Virus record (IMG/VR): IMGVR_UViG_3300032285_001531
From: a virus
Taxonomy: Duplodnaviria > Caudoviricetes
DNA length: 64,000 bases
Reading direction: 5' to 3' (one strand)
This document shows, one piece after another, positions 18,952 through 29,295 of this stretch. Position 1 is the stretch's first letter, and every line of letters begins with the position of its first letter. The notes below the pieces were generated by a model that was given only the letters and a program-made list of their open reading frames with translations, ran no database searches and was not told the origin of the DNA. Position numbers and translations under genes: made by a program.

Positions 18952-20169
18952 ATGGCATTAAACTTTCCGGATAGTCCGACAACAGGACAGATATTTGTAG
19001 GTGACAACACAGTTACCTATCTCTACACCGGTGATCGTTGGAGTTCTGCATTAGCGATGCATTTAGGTCTGACTACTTATGTCTACGAGGGCGGTTTTGC
19101 TAATCAAAGTTTCAATCCATTGTTAGATAATATAATTGACGGTGGAGATGCTACTGGTGCAGAATATCCGTTAGTAACTATAACTAATTTTAGTTTTAAT
19201 CAATATGCTACAGGAACAGTTAGTTATAACTGGACTGCTAGTGAACCGATCATAGAAGCAGGTATATTGATTGGTACACAGGGTCAAGTAAATTATGATG
19301 ATGCAGTGGATTATTGTGATGACCCATCTGCTAATGTTCAGAAATTTATATTAAGAACTCCGAACTCACAGTTTTCAGTAGAATGCGGAGATCCAGTAGA
19401 TACATCACCCACTTCCCCAGTAGCACAAGTTGTATATGGTTATCATTGGGCAGGACAAACAGTTGATATTTACAGTTATGTAAAAACTGAAAATGGTCCT
19501 TATTTAAGTAACAAAGAAACTACATATATTCAATATACTCCTTGCTTAGCTGAAGGCACATTAATAACATTAGCAGACGGTACAAGTAAAGTTATAGAAG
19601 ATATTAACTACAGTGATTTATTACGTGTATGGAACTTTGACTTAGGCGAGATGTCAGAAGCATTACCCCTATGGATTAAACAACCACAATATGCTGATGG
19701 TTACTACAAGATAAGTTTCAGCAATAACACAGAATTAAAAGTGGTAGGAGAGTATCCTAAGTCACATAGAATTTTTAACAAAGAAACAGGAATGTTTACA
19801 TATGCTTCAACAGAAGATACACCAGTTGGAACAACAACATTCACAGATTTAGAAAATAATGTTTATGTAGTAAGCAAAGAATTTGTAAAAGAACCTGTAA
19901 GATATTATAACATATTTTCACAGTATCACATGAATGTATTTGCTAATGGTATATTAACATCAACTGGTTTTAATAACTTATATCAGATAACAGATATGAG
20001 ATTTATAAAAGACGATAGAACATTACGTTCTATGGAAGAACTTGAAGGTATAGACACACGTTGGATCTATGGCTTGCGTCTAAGAGAAAATAATACTCCA
20101 GTAGAGGGTATTAAAAATCAAATTAAATTGCTTGAAACATTAGCACAAACTGAATTAGAAATGGTATAA
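18952..20169 (+). CDS. Virion protein with a Hint (hedgehog/intein-like) domain
   Basis: Fibre-type N-terminus ALNFPDSPTTGQ; Hint block A CLAEGTLITLADGTSKVIEDI and block F/G VRYYNI...FANGILTS. Confidence 0.8.
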   Translation: MALNFPDSPTTGQIFVGDNTVTYLYTGDRWSSALAMHLGLTTYVYEGGFANQSFNPLLDNIIDGGDATGAEYPLVTITNFSFNQYATGTVSYNWTASEPIIEAGILIGTQGQVNYDDAVDYCDDPSANVQKFILRTPNSQFSVECGDPVDTSPTSPVAQVVYGYHWAGQTVDIYSYVKTENGPYLSNKETTYIQYTPCLAEGTLITLADGTSKVIEDINYSDLLRVWNFDLGEMSEALPLWIKQPQYADGYYKISFSNNTELKVVGEYPKSHRIFNKETGMFTYASTEDTPVGTTTFTDLENNVYVVSKEFVKEPVRYYNIFSQYHMNVFANGILTSTGFNNLYQITDMRFIKDDRTLRSMEELEGIDTRWIYGLRLRENNTPVEGIKNQIKLLETLAQTELEMV

Positions 20170-20181
20170 CGGGAATAAACT

Positions 20182-23100
20182 ATGACAACAACAATCAAAA
20201 TTAGACGAGACACTGCAGCTAATTGGACAGCAACTAATCCAATATTAGCATCAGGAGAGCCTGGACTAGAAACAGATACTCTTGCCGTTAAGTACGGTGA
20301 CGGTGTTACAGCATGGAACGATTTATTATATGGTACAGTTGAAACTGCTATTACAGTAAGCGGCAATGCTCAAGCAAATATTACCAGTGTAGGTACATTA
20401 ACTAACTTAAGTGTTGCTGGTAATGTTAACACAGCAAATTTAACTGCTACAGGAAATGTTGCACTTACTGGAGCAAATGTAAGTTTAGGCTCAGTTGCTA
20501 ATTTACATATTGCTGGTGGAACTGCTAACTATGTTCTTAGCACAGATGGTGCAGGAAATTTAGCTTGGAAAGTTGATGCAACTAATAACATGGGCAACAT
20601 CGTAATTGACGGTGACAACATTGGTTCAAGCAATGACATAGTTAACATCACTGCAAGCAACTATGTAGAGATGAACAGTTGGGGAACCAACATGTGGGTT
20701 GAGCAGGGTGCAGCATATGTGAATACTCTTGATGGAGAATATCAATGGAGTTTTAATTCTGATGGCACAACATCTTTCCCTAATTACACTGTATTGTCTG
20801 ATCCATTTGGTCCTGGACAATTCTTCACAACACAACGTATACCTAATCTACAAAGCAATATAACTAACATTAATCCAGATGAAGATAATATTGTTATTGT
20901 AAGTAAAACAGATTTCCCTGATATCAATTTAGTAAATTCAGGATGGACTTTATATTATAATGGTTATGCATATCCAGTCAGTAGTGTAGTTGATGGAGAT
21001 CCTGTAGCAGATAATTTTTATATTATTCTAGGAGATAATCCAGCTTTTGGCCCAGCAGGAATTCCACAAGGTGCTTATGTACAAGTTGGATTAAAAGAAA
21101 ATCATACTTGGTGGTTTGACTTTGAAGGTACAACTGCTGTTCCTGGCAATATTAATATCAATACTATTAATACATTCAGTATTAATGGTGCTCCTGATCA
21201 TGGTGCAAGTTTAAATTCTGATAGTTTTGCACAACTATACTGGGTACCTAATATTCAAGATCAGGCGAATGTTGATCCTGATAATGGTGGGAATATTTAC
21301 AATTGGGGATATGTAGATCATAATGGTTTCTGGGTAGCAGGTGCAAACATTCAGAATGATACCTCTTATGTTTGGAACTTTACTAATACTGGCAATTTAC
21401 AAATGCCTGATACTACTAGACTAAATTCTGGTGGAATAGGTAGACCAAATAGTGCAGAGTTTGGCACTGAAATAGTAACAGGACCAGCAAATTATGTTTG
21501 GTGGGATAGATACAAAAAAGGTTCTGGCATTTATATTGCTGGCGAAGACCTTGCATTGTCAGTGTACTCAAATGCTAATGTTATAAATGCACACTCTATA
21601 TTATCAATTAACAATATTAGTTATCCTGATAAATCTATGTTCAGTTTCACTATTAATCAAGTTGATAGTGATGATTATAGTGTTAGTGTTGGTGCTGGAA
21701 ATGAAGATACAATCGTTAATGGACTATTAGGAACTGATACATTTAGCATAGGAATGACTAACGCAGGTTTTGTGTATATTAATGGCAATCCGATTCTTAA
21801 TAATGATCCATTCAGTAATGGTGACACAGTTGATATTGCAATAGACCGTACTAACAATAATTTAATATGGTTTAGAGTAAACAACGGTTCATGGAATTCT
21901 GACGGAGCTGCTAATCCATCAACAGGTGTAGGCGGTGCAGATATTTCTGGCATTATTGACACTCTATATCCTGCAGTTTCATTAGGTGGAATAGCTGTAG
22001 TAACAGCTAATAGAACAGCACCGCATGGTGTGCCAGCAGGTTATACATTTATACATCCTGTTCCTGCACAACAAGGAAATGTAGTAAAAAATTCACAAAT
22101 TTACATGGGTTCTGGTACAGGCGAAGGTCGTATCATAACAGATACTTTTGGAAATAGCCTTGCTTATTTTGGCACAGAAAATGTAGGATTACCAGGATTC
22201 GCTGGTATGGTATCAAGTGACCCAGATGTAACAAGTCAATATCAAATTGGCACAGATGATGGCGATAACATTATCATAGGTGCTACTACACAAGGTGGTG
22301 AATTAACTTCAAGTGATTATCGTGCAGCACTAGGTGTACTAAATGCTAACTTAACTATCAATGGTTTCTATAGCGATACATTTGGTGCAATAATGAGTGG
22401 TGGTGGGGCTAATAATAGTTCAACAATTTGGGCAGTAGAAGAAGGTATTGGCATTACTAACGTACTATATCCACGTGAAGATGCAGCAATTGATATTGGT
22501 ACATATGATAAGAGTTTTGATAGCATATATGTTAACAGCATCAAAACAAAAAATAATTTAAACATTAATACAGCCGATGATTATAGTTTTTGGTATTCAT
22601 TATATGGTGATTTAGGATTAAATGACATAGCAGTTGGATTTAATTCAGGTGCAGCATACGATCAGGACGGCAATTTATATGTAATGGGTATATATTTAAC
22701 TCAAAATGAATTTGATACATTAGCATTAAAATATAATCCAAATGGTGATTTAGTATGGCGCAAAGCTTGGATAGATACTAATAGCGATAACCCATGTGGC
22801 TCATGGAATAGAGAATTTTCTATTAATAATACTGGCATATATTGGATGGCAGTAACAGATAGAAATGATGTTTCATCATTATATGTTGGTTCGATGAATA
22901 CGGATGGTGTTATCACTACTGCAGCAACAAAGGTACAAAATGTTGTCGGTAACGACATGATTGCTATTGATACTAATGTATATGTTGTTGGTAGAGATGG
23001 CACAGGTACATATCCTATGATAATGAAGGTAGATACTACTACTAATGCAGTGATATGGTCAAAAGTATTAACAGATTACGAAGGTTCATTTGATTGTATA

Positions 23101-24822
23101 ATAATGGGCAATGATGGTAATTTATATACTAGTGGATTTATGATCATCGGTGGTGATGATTATCCAATAGTCAGTAAATTTCAAACAAATGGAACTTATG
23201 TAGTAACTAAAAATATAAATGACGGTGCTGCATCTGGACATGCACTGGCCCTAGCTGCTGATGGAAATGATATCTATGTAACATACACTTTACAATCTAT
23301 TGGTGGATACGTAGTAACCAAAATATCAACTAGTTCAAATTTAACAGCAAGTCCTATATGGGGAACTACAGTAGGTTTAGGATCAAATCTAACTGCATAT
23401 GACATATCAGTTGATGACAATGGTTATGTATACGTTACTGGTGCAATAAATAATGGACCTGGTGATTTTTATGCTGCAAAATTAGATGATATGGGTAAAG
23501 TAGTATGGCAAAGAAGAATAGGTGGAAACTCTAGTGATGGTCCTACTACAAATCCAAATAATGCGAGAATGGCAGGTATCTACAATGATAGACTTGCAAT
23601 AACTGGATATACACAAACAGATCCATATACAGGAGCTTATTCCCCTCCGCATAGTATTACATTCCAAATTCCAACAAATGGATCAACTACAGGAAACTTT
23701 GGTAATTTCTATATATACCCTGAGTATTATAGTATTGGATATAACTATAGTCAGACTTATCTTACTGTAGCAATTACAGGGTTGGTAACAACTTTACCAA
23801 CATACTCAAACAACAATGGATTCATACCAAGTACTATATTAAAGAATCCTAACTATGTTCCATATCGTAATGAAATTGCTCCTGGAGCATATAATGGATG
23901 GAAGTTTGACACAAGTAATAATTTAGTATTACCGCATGGTGGTAAAATTACTGGCAATAGTGATGGATCAATTGAAATATATCCTCCTGAACCAGTTGAC
24001 GGTAATTTAAATGGTGTATATCTATATGACGGCACTGGCAATAGTGCAATAGATATAAATCAGTATAATGTTCGTATCGGTGTTAATACAAATGAATGGA
24101 ATCATTACTGGGATTTCAGTGGTGATAACTACGGTATTTCTAAAATTAGATATCCTTATTTAGAAAATTATGATGTACAGAAATTTTCAAAAAGAATTAA
24201 TGCACTAACAACAGATACAATCTGGATAGCGCAAGATACTACTGTTACAGGTGCAAAACTCACAATAAATATGACTCATTCAACTGATGGAACAGACTAT
24301 GAAAGTTTTGACACAATGGTATGTGAAATAGCAGTTGCAGTGAAAAAAGTTGGTTATGGAAGTACTCGTGCAGTTGCATCAGTATATGGCATAACACATA
24401 CTTCTGATGAACCTCTTGGAACATTTGAAGCAGGTATAATACCTGGTGGTACATATAATAATGTTGCACCAAGCTCTACTTCTGGAAGTGGAATAAATGC
24501 ACAATTCAATATATCTACAAATGCTAATTATGGATACTATACTATCAATAATATTCCAAACGGTGGCACTGGATATGATCCAGGAGATATCATAATTATA
24601 TCAGGTGCAGATGTGGGCGGATTTGATGGGGAAAATAATATAACTATTATAGTAAACAGTACTACCGGAAGTGGAGTAATTAGTACTGCATATGTTAGTG
24701 ATGGATTTTCGTATGCTGGCAGAGTGTATGTAACATGCACAACATTAAGCACTGAATACTACTCTTACGTTAAAGTACAAGCGAGAGAATCAGGTTCTTC
24801 TAGTAATGAATACTATTGTTAA
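20182..24822 (+). CDS. Very long fibre/adhesin (Mtd-N-like N-terminus, SPRY/ConA-like domain, beta-propeller)
   Basis: IKIRRDTAANW..NPILASGEPGLETDT..KYGDG..AWNDL N-terminus; GDTVDIAIDR..IWFRVNNGSW; repeated D..GN.YV.G blades. Confidence 0.8.
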   Translation: MTTTIKIRRDTAANWTATNPILASGEPGLETDTLAVKYGDGVTAWNDLLYGTVETAITVSGNAQANITSVGTLTNLSVAGNVNTANLTATGNVALTGANVSLGSVANLHIAGGTANYVLSTDGAGNLAWKVDATNNMGNIVIDGDNIGSSNDIVNITASNYVEMNSWGTNMWVEQGAAYVNTLDGEYQWSFNSDGTTSFPNYTVLSDPFGPGQFFTTQRIPNLQSNITNINPDEDNIVIVSKTDFPDINLVNSGWTLYYNGYAYPVSSVVDGDPVADNFYIILGDNPAFGPAGIPQGAYVQVGLKENHTWWFDFEGTTAVPGNININTINTFSINGAPDHGASLNSDSFAQLYWVPNIQDQANVDPDNGGNIYNWGYVDHNGFWVAGANIQNDTSYVWNFTNTGNLQMPDTTRLNSGGIGRPNSAEFGTEIVTGPANYVWWDRYKKGSGIYIAGEDLALSVYSNANVINAHSILSINNISYPDKSMFSFTINQVDSDDYSVSVGAGNEDTIVNGLLGTDTFSIGMTNAGFVYINGNPILNNDPFSNGDTVDIAIDRTNNNLIWFRVNNGSWNSDGAANPSTGVGGADISGIIDTLYPAVSLGGIAVVTANRTAPHGVPAGYTFIHPVPAQQGNVVKNSQIYMGSGTGEGRIITDTFGNSLAYFGTENVGLPGFAGMVSSDPDVTSQYQIGTDDGDNIIIGATTQGGELTSSDYRAALGVLNANLTINGFYSDTFGAIMSGGGANNSSTIWAVEEGIGITNVLYPREDAAIDIGTYDKSFDSIYVNSIKTKNNLNINTADDYSFWYSLYGDLGLNDIAVGFNSGAAYDQDGNLYVMGIYLTQNEFDTLALKYNPNGDLVWRKAWIDTNSDNPCGSWNREFSINNTGIYWMAVTDRNDVSSLYVGSMNTDGVITTAATKVQNVVGNDMIAIDTNVYVVGRDGTGTYPMIMKVDTTTNAVIWSKVLTDYEGSFDCIIMGNDGNLYTSGFMIIGGDDYPIVSKFQTNGTYVVTKNINDGAASGHALALAADGNDIYVTYTLQSIGGYVVTKISTSSNLTASPIWGTTVGLGSNLTAYDISVDDNGYVYVTGAINNGPGDFYAAKLDDMGKVVWQRRIGGNSSDGPTTNPNNARMAGIYNDRLAITGYTQTDPYTGAYSPPHSITFQIPTNGSTTGNFGNFYIYPEYYSIGYNYSQTYLTVAITGLVTTLPTYSNNNGFIPSTILKNPNYVPYRNEIAPGAYNGWKFDTSNNLVLPHGGKITGNSDGSIEIYPPEPVDGNLNGVYLYDGTGNSAIDINQYNVRIGVNTNEWNHYWDFSGDNYGISKIRYPYLENYDVQKFSKRINALTTDTIWIAQDTTVTGAKLTINMTHSTDGTDYESFDTMVCEIAVAVKKVGYGSTRAVASVYGITHTSDEPLGTFEAGIIPGGTYNNVAPSSTSGSGINAQFNISTNANYGYYTINNIPNGGTGYDPGDIIIISGADVGGFDGENNITIIVNSTTGSGVISTAYVSDGFSYAGRVYVTCTTLSTEYYSYVKVQARESGSSSNEYYC

Positions 24823-24837
24823 TAACAAGGAATAAAA

Positions 24838-26370
24838 ATGGCAACTCAACAATTTAAAACACAAACAGGCATAACACTCCAAAATAATAATAATTATTTA
24901 GAAGATCAATGGGCAGGTCCAGAAGTACATTTTGTACATGATCCTATCCTATTAACAATTACTACGATTTCAGGTGGTACTTTATTTACAACATCAACTA
25001 ATCATGGATTAAGTGTAAACGATGTTGTTATTTCAAGTAACACAACTAATGGATTAGTAGTAGACAATACATATTTTGTAAAAACAACTCCTGATTTAAA
25101 CACATTTACATTAACTGACATTTATGGCGGCAGTGTATTAACAACGTTTGACAATGGAACTGAATTAACAATTGATATCACATGTGGCACACCAGATTAT
25201 ATTGATAATTTAGTATCAATATATCGTGGTTCTCACCGTGGTATATATAATCCAATACTTGATACTCAATGGGATGATAACTTTACTCCATCTAATACAG
25301 CATGGAATGCTGATGGATGGGGTGATTTACATGATGTGACATCTAGAACTTATGTTACATATTATCAAGTAAACGGTGAAGGTGGCTTAGGTCATAATGC
25401 TGTTGGTACTGAGTTTATCATGCATGATACAGAAAATGACAAATACTATACCGTAAAATTCTTGGCATGGCAAGTAGGTGCATATGGCGGTGCATTCTCA
25501 TATGTTCGCAGAGAAATTAACACTGATGTTTTCTTTGTTCACACAGATAACGGAAGTGAAGTGGATTATATATACACAGATGGTGGTAATTCATCAAACA
25601 ATGTAGCAATTACTCGTGATAGTAGTAATGGTATATATAACCCTGATGTTGAAGGGTCATATAATGGTGACGTTAGTCCAGGCAATACACTTTGGAATAC
25701 TGAAGGTTGGGATGATTTAACTAATATTGAATCAAGACAATATTTAACTTGGTTCAGTGCAGTAAAAGGTGAAGCAGGTAGAGTAATAACAGGACTTCAA
25801 TTTGTTATGAAAGCTATTATACATCACGATGGAGGTGATGACACATATGAATATTATACTGTAGATTTTCATAACTGGACTAATAATGGCAATGGCGGTG
25901 GATTCAGTTATACACGTAAAAAGATTAATACAAAAAATCCACCAGCTGTATTTAAATTTAGCGATGGTAGTATACAAACAACTGCAGTAACCCCGCAACG
26001 TTTAGGTGTTATACCACTATCATATTCAAATGATGATAATGATTATTGGATTAACGAGCGTGACATTGGTCAACACGTGTTGTTGAATAGTAATTGTAGT
26101 GTTTATATTCCAGATGCTGAAGCTGTAAATATTCCAGTAGGTTCAGTTATTACACTTATAAACATGAGTGGTACTGAAATCAGCGTATACAAAGACAATA
26201 ACAACGAAGATGGAAGAATTTATTGGGGCGGTGGCAACGACAGCAGTGGTGGTGGTTGGGGATTAAATTCACAAGGCATTTTCACCCTATTAAAATTACG
26301 AACATACTATGATAGTGGTCCATATACAGATTGGATGATATCAGGACCTAATTTAGATAATTATTGTTAA
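24838..26370 (+). CDS. Virion-associated protein with an internal tandem duplication
   Basis: Two copies of GIYNP...W..GW.DL....R.Y...YYTV.F..W...GG.FSY.R. Confidence 0.75.
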   Translation: MATQQFKTQTGITLQNNNNYLEDQWAGPEVHFVHDPILLTITTISGGTLFTTSTNHGLSVNDVVISSNTTNGLVVDNTYFVKTTPDLNTFTLTDIYGGSVLTTFDNGTELTIDITCGTPDYIDNLVSIYRGSHRGIYNPILDTQWDDNFTPSNTAWNADGWGDLHDVTSRTYVTYYQVNGEGGLGHNAVGTEFIMHDTENDKYYTVKFLAWQVGAYGGAFSYVRREINTDVFFVHTDNGSEVDYIYTDGGNSSNNVAITRDSSNGIYNPDVEGSYNGDVSPGNTLWNTEGWDDLTNIESRQYLTWFSAVKGEAGRVITGLQFVMKAIIHHDGGDDTYEYYTVDFHNWTNNGNGGGFSYTRKKINTKNPPAVFKFSDGSIQTTAVTPQRLGVIPLSYSNDDNDYWINERDIGQHVLLNSNCSVYIPDAEAVNIPVGSVITLINMSGTEISVYKDNNNEDGRIYWGGGNDSSGGGWGLNSQGIFTLLKLRTYYDSGPYTDWMISGPNLDNYC

Positions 26371-26371
26371 T

Positions 26372-28486
26372 ATGACTATAGCACAAATAATAGTAGCATC
26401 TGCTTCAGCATCTACTGGCCCACAACACAGTGAAAATGGTGTGTATATATGGGACGGCAGAGACTATAATGGCTCAAATTTTATTTCTAGTAGCAGTACT
26501 GGATATCCATTAACAGTTGTAGGTGGATACACCGGCAATCCAACTGTAGGTAATGGAAGTTGGGGAGGCTCAGTAAACAGCTATTGGATGAATTATGATA
26601 ATAATGGCTCTACTAATAATTACGGATTTCAAACTGCTAACTTAAATCAATATGGTAATTGGAAAATTAATCATTTAAATGATCCAAGTTTTACATTTCA
26701 GATATGGTTTTATCCAACTACATTGGGTACTTCACTAGTAGGTATGAATGAGAATGGTGCAGGTCCATTCCTCAATAACATGCTAGAAATAAACACTGAT
26801 GGGCATTTATATGCTCAGTTATGGGAAAATGGACAATCAGGAAGTCCATTAATAAGTACAACGGCCGCAATACAGAATACCTGGAATCATGCTTTCCTAC
26901 AATATAATGCATCAGGTCAAACTCTTACATTAAGCGTAAACAATGATACTCCGGCGGTATTGACAAGTTTCACACCTGTAGTATTACCTACTAATAATAA
27001 CATGGCATTTTTACTTGGACAAAATACTGGTAATAAAATGACTACTAATGGTGATTTGTCATTTAGAGGACGCATAGCATATGTAAAGGTATCAAATACT
27101 TTTGTTAGTTCCGATTTCATTGATCAACGTAGTTGGTTCTACAACGCATTCACTCCACCTGTATATGGTAATGGATCAGTAGGTGGTAGTATGTACTTTA
27201 ACGGTACTAGTTCTTATCTTCAAGTTCCTATTACAAGTACCGGATTACGATTTGCTCCAGGAACATCAGATTACACTATTGAGTGGTGGCAATTTATGAA
27301 TGCTGCAGGTAGCTATCCATATGTGTTCAGCATATCTAATCCAGATACAGGCGCAATGCAGTTGTCTGCATTTATACAAAGTGGTAATTTATATATTAGC
27401 GACACAGATCATACAAATGTTTCTTTTGGTACTATTCCTGTTACAACTCAATGGACACATGTTGCAATTGTTAGAAAAAATAATTACATGAGTGTTTATG
27501 TAAACGGTATATCAATCAATGATCCTGCAATATATAACTGGCCAACTAATATCGCTAATCTTGGTCCAAGCGGAGCTAAATTTACAATTGGTGCACAAGC
27601 AGATCAGGGTGGAGTAATGAGAAGTGGTACTTATTTTTCAGGACTTATAACTAACTTTAATTTTATTAATGGACTAGCAAAATACACATCCGGTTTTGTT
27701 CCTAGTACACTACCATTCACAGTTGAAGCTGGTGTTGTAACTAAGATGTTGTTGTTAGCTACTACTGAAGCAAATGTAATTTATGACACAGCAGCATCAC
27801 ATAACGTATTAAGTAATAATAGTGTATTATGGAGTAATGCAAGTCCTTATGTTGTGCCATATCTATGGTTGGATGCAGGAAATAATACTAGTTGGACAGG
27901 CGACGGTACATGGCATGATTTAGGATACGGTGGGCATGATGCTACATTCCCTAACAGCGTGACGTATAGTGCAAGCAACGGTGGTATTTTACAATTTGCA
28001 AGTGCAAGCAACCAATATGCAGAATTGCCAGATTTAGGTACAATGACTAGGTTTACTATTAATATTTGGACTAAGTTAACTTCTGCTCCACCAGGTACAT
28101 TTCCGTGTTTCTTCACTGAAAAATTTTCTAATGGTGTCATAAATTACGTGCTAGGATTCCCTACAAATCCTGCAGAAATAGCAGGTGGTTTCTTTAATGG
28201 AGGATGGCAGACTGCAGGAGCAACACCGCCAATAACTGGTCAGTGGTTTAACTTTACTGTTACATATGACGGTAGTGTTATTAGATTCTATGCGAGTGGT
28301 GGTTTAAATTCATATACAAACTTCAGTGGGACACCAGCAGGTAATGGAACTGGTTCTTATATTGGTCATAGATGGGACCAGCTGGAAACAATTGACGGAG
28401 CAATACCGGTAGTACAACTTTATAACTATGCACTAAGTGCAGCAGAAGTTTCAGCATTATACAACAAGTTTAGTCCAAGATATTAA
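26372..28486 (+). CDS. LamG/concanavalin-A-like lectin repeat protein (virion surface)
   Basis: Three LamG-like units (FTFQIWFYP, YTIEWW, FTINIW; WTHVAIVR; YNYALSAAEVSALYN). Confidence 0.85.
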   Translation: MTIAQIIVASASASTGPQHSENGVYIWDGRDYNGSNFISSSSTGYPLTVVGGYTGNPTVGNGSWGGSVNSYWMNYDNNGSTNNYGFQTANLNQYGNWKINHLNDPSFTFQIWFYPTTLGTSLVGMNENGAGPFLNNMLEINTDGHLYAQLWENGQSGSPLISTTAAIQNTWNHAFLQYNASGQTLTLSVNNDTPAVLTSFTPVVLPTNNNMAFLLGQNTGNKMTTNGDLSFRGRIAYVKVSNTFVSSDFIDQRSWFYNAFTPPVYGNGSVGGSMYFNGTSSYLQVPITSTGLRFAPGTSDYTIEWWQFMNAAGSYPYVFSISNPDTGAMQLSAFIQSGNLYISDTDHTNVSFGTIPVTTQWTHVAIVRKNNYMSVYVNGISINDPAIYNWPTNIANLGPSGAKFTIGAQADQGGVMRSGTYFSGLITNFNFINGLAKYTSGFVPSTLPFTVEAGVVTKMLLLATTEANVIYDTAASHNVLSNNSVLWSNASPYVVPYLWLDAGNNTSWTGDGTWHDLGYGGHDATFPNSVTYSASNGGILQFASASNQYAELPDLGTMTRFTINIWTKLTSAPPGTFPCFFTEKFSNGVINYVLGFPTNPAEIAGGFFNGGWQTAGATPPITGQWFNFTVTYDGSVIRFYASGGLNSYTNFSGTPAGNGTGSYIGHRWDQLETIDGAIPVVQLYNYALSAAEVSALYNKFSPRY

Positions 28487-28487
28487 T

Positions 28488-29255
28488 ATGCCAAAAACAC
28501 TAGTTACAGATCAATCAAAATATAATTGGAAGCGTGACGCAGTAGATAATAGAGATCATCTATTTGCATTATCTGCTGCATCTTTGCCAGCAAGTATTGA
28601 TTTACGTGCAGGCTGCAGTCCTATTGAAGATCAAGGTCAACTAGGTAGTTGTACTGGTAATGCAATAGCAGGCCTTATTGAATACATAGACAGAAAAAAT
28701 CATAAGAATTTAGATGTGAGTCGTTTGTTCATCTATTATCAAGAACGATTAATGGAAGGTACTGTTTGGTATGATAGCGGTGCTTATATACGTGACGGCA
28801 TCAAAGCAGTATATCAATACGGTGCTCCATTAGAAAGTCTATGGCCATATGATGCAAGAAAACTAACAGTTCGCCCTAGTTATAATGCATATACTGATGC
28901 AGCAAAACGTAAAGTTAAAGCATACCAACGTTGTGCAAACTTTGCAGCAGTTAAAACAGCACTGGCAGCAGGTAATCCAGTTGTAGTCGGCTTTGATGTA
29001 TATGAAAGTTTTGAATCAGATGCAGTAGCAGCAACTGGAGTTATGCCTTATCCAAACGTAAACACTGAACAACTATTAGGTGGACACGCAGTAACAATCG
29101 TGGGTTATAATGATCAGCATAGTTGGTTTATTGTACGTAATAGTTGGGGTACAAGTTGGGGAGATCATGGATATTTCTATATGCCATATCAAGTCATACA
29201 AGACACTAACATGAGTTCAGATTTTTGGACAATAACTTCTGTAACGAACCCTTAA
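28488..29255 (+). CDS. Papain-family (C1A) cysteine peptidase
   Basis: DQGQLGSCTGNA (catalytic Cys), GGHAVTIVGY (His), RNSWGTSWG (Asn). Start moved to ATG 28488. Confidence 0.93.
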   Translation: MPKTLVTDQSKYNWKRDAVDNRDHLFALSAASLPASIDLRAGCSPIEDQGQLGSCTGNAIAGLIEYIDRKNHKNLDVSRLFIYYQERLMEGTVWYDSGAYIRDGIKAVYQYGAPLESLWPYDARKLTVRPSYNAYTDAAKRKVKAYQRCANFAAVKTALAAGNPVVVGFDVYESFESDAVAATGVMPYPNVNTEQLLGGHAVTIVGYNDQHSWFIVRNSWGTSWGDHGYFYMPYQVIQDTNMSSDFWTITSVTNP

Positions 29256-29265
29256 ATTCACATTA

Positions 29266-29295
29266 AATACTCTCTTATAAAGGGAGTATTTTTTT
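29266..29295 (+). terminator. Hairpin with T-tract (terminator or SD-sequestering stem)
   Basis: AATACTCTC-TTATAAA-GGGAGTATT stem followed by Ts; the stem contains the GGGAG SD of the next (TTG-start) gene. Confidence 0.6.

Noticed and set aside
12536-24822. Repetitive GGTAAT-rich DNA as a possible CRISPR or tandem-repeat array
   Set aside because: The repeats are degenerate, in-frame Gly-Asn codons of fibre proteins, with no constant repeat-spacer periodicity.
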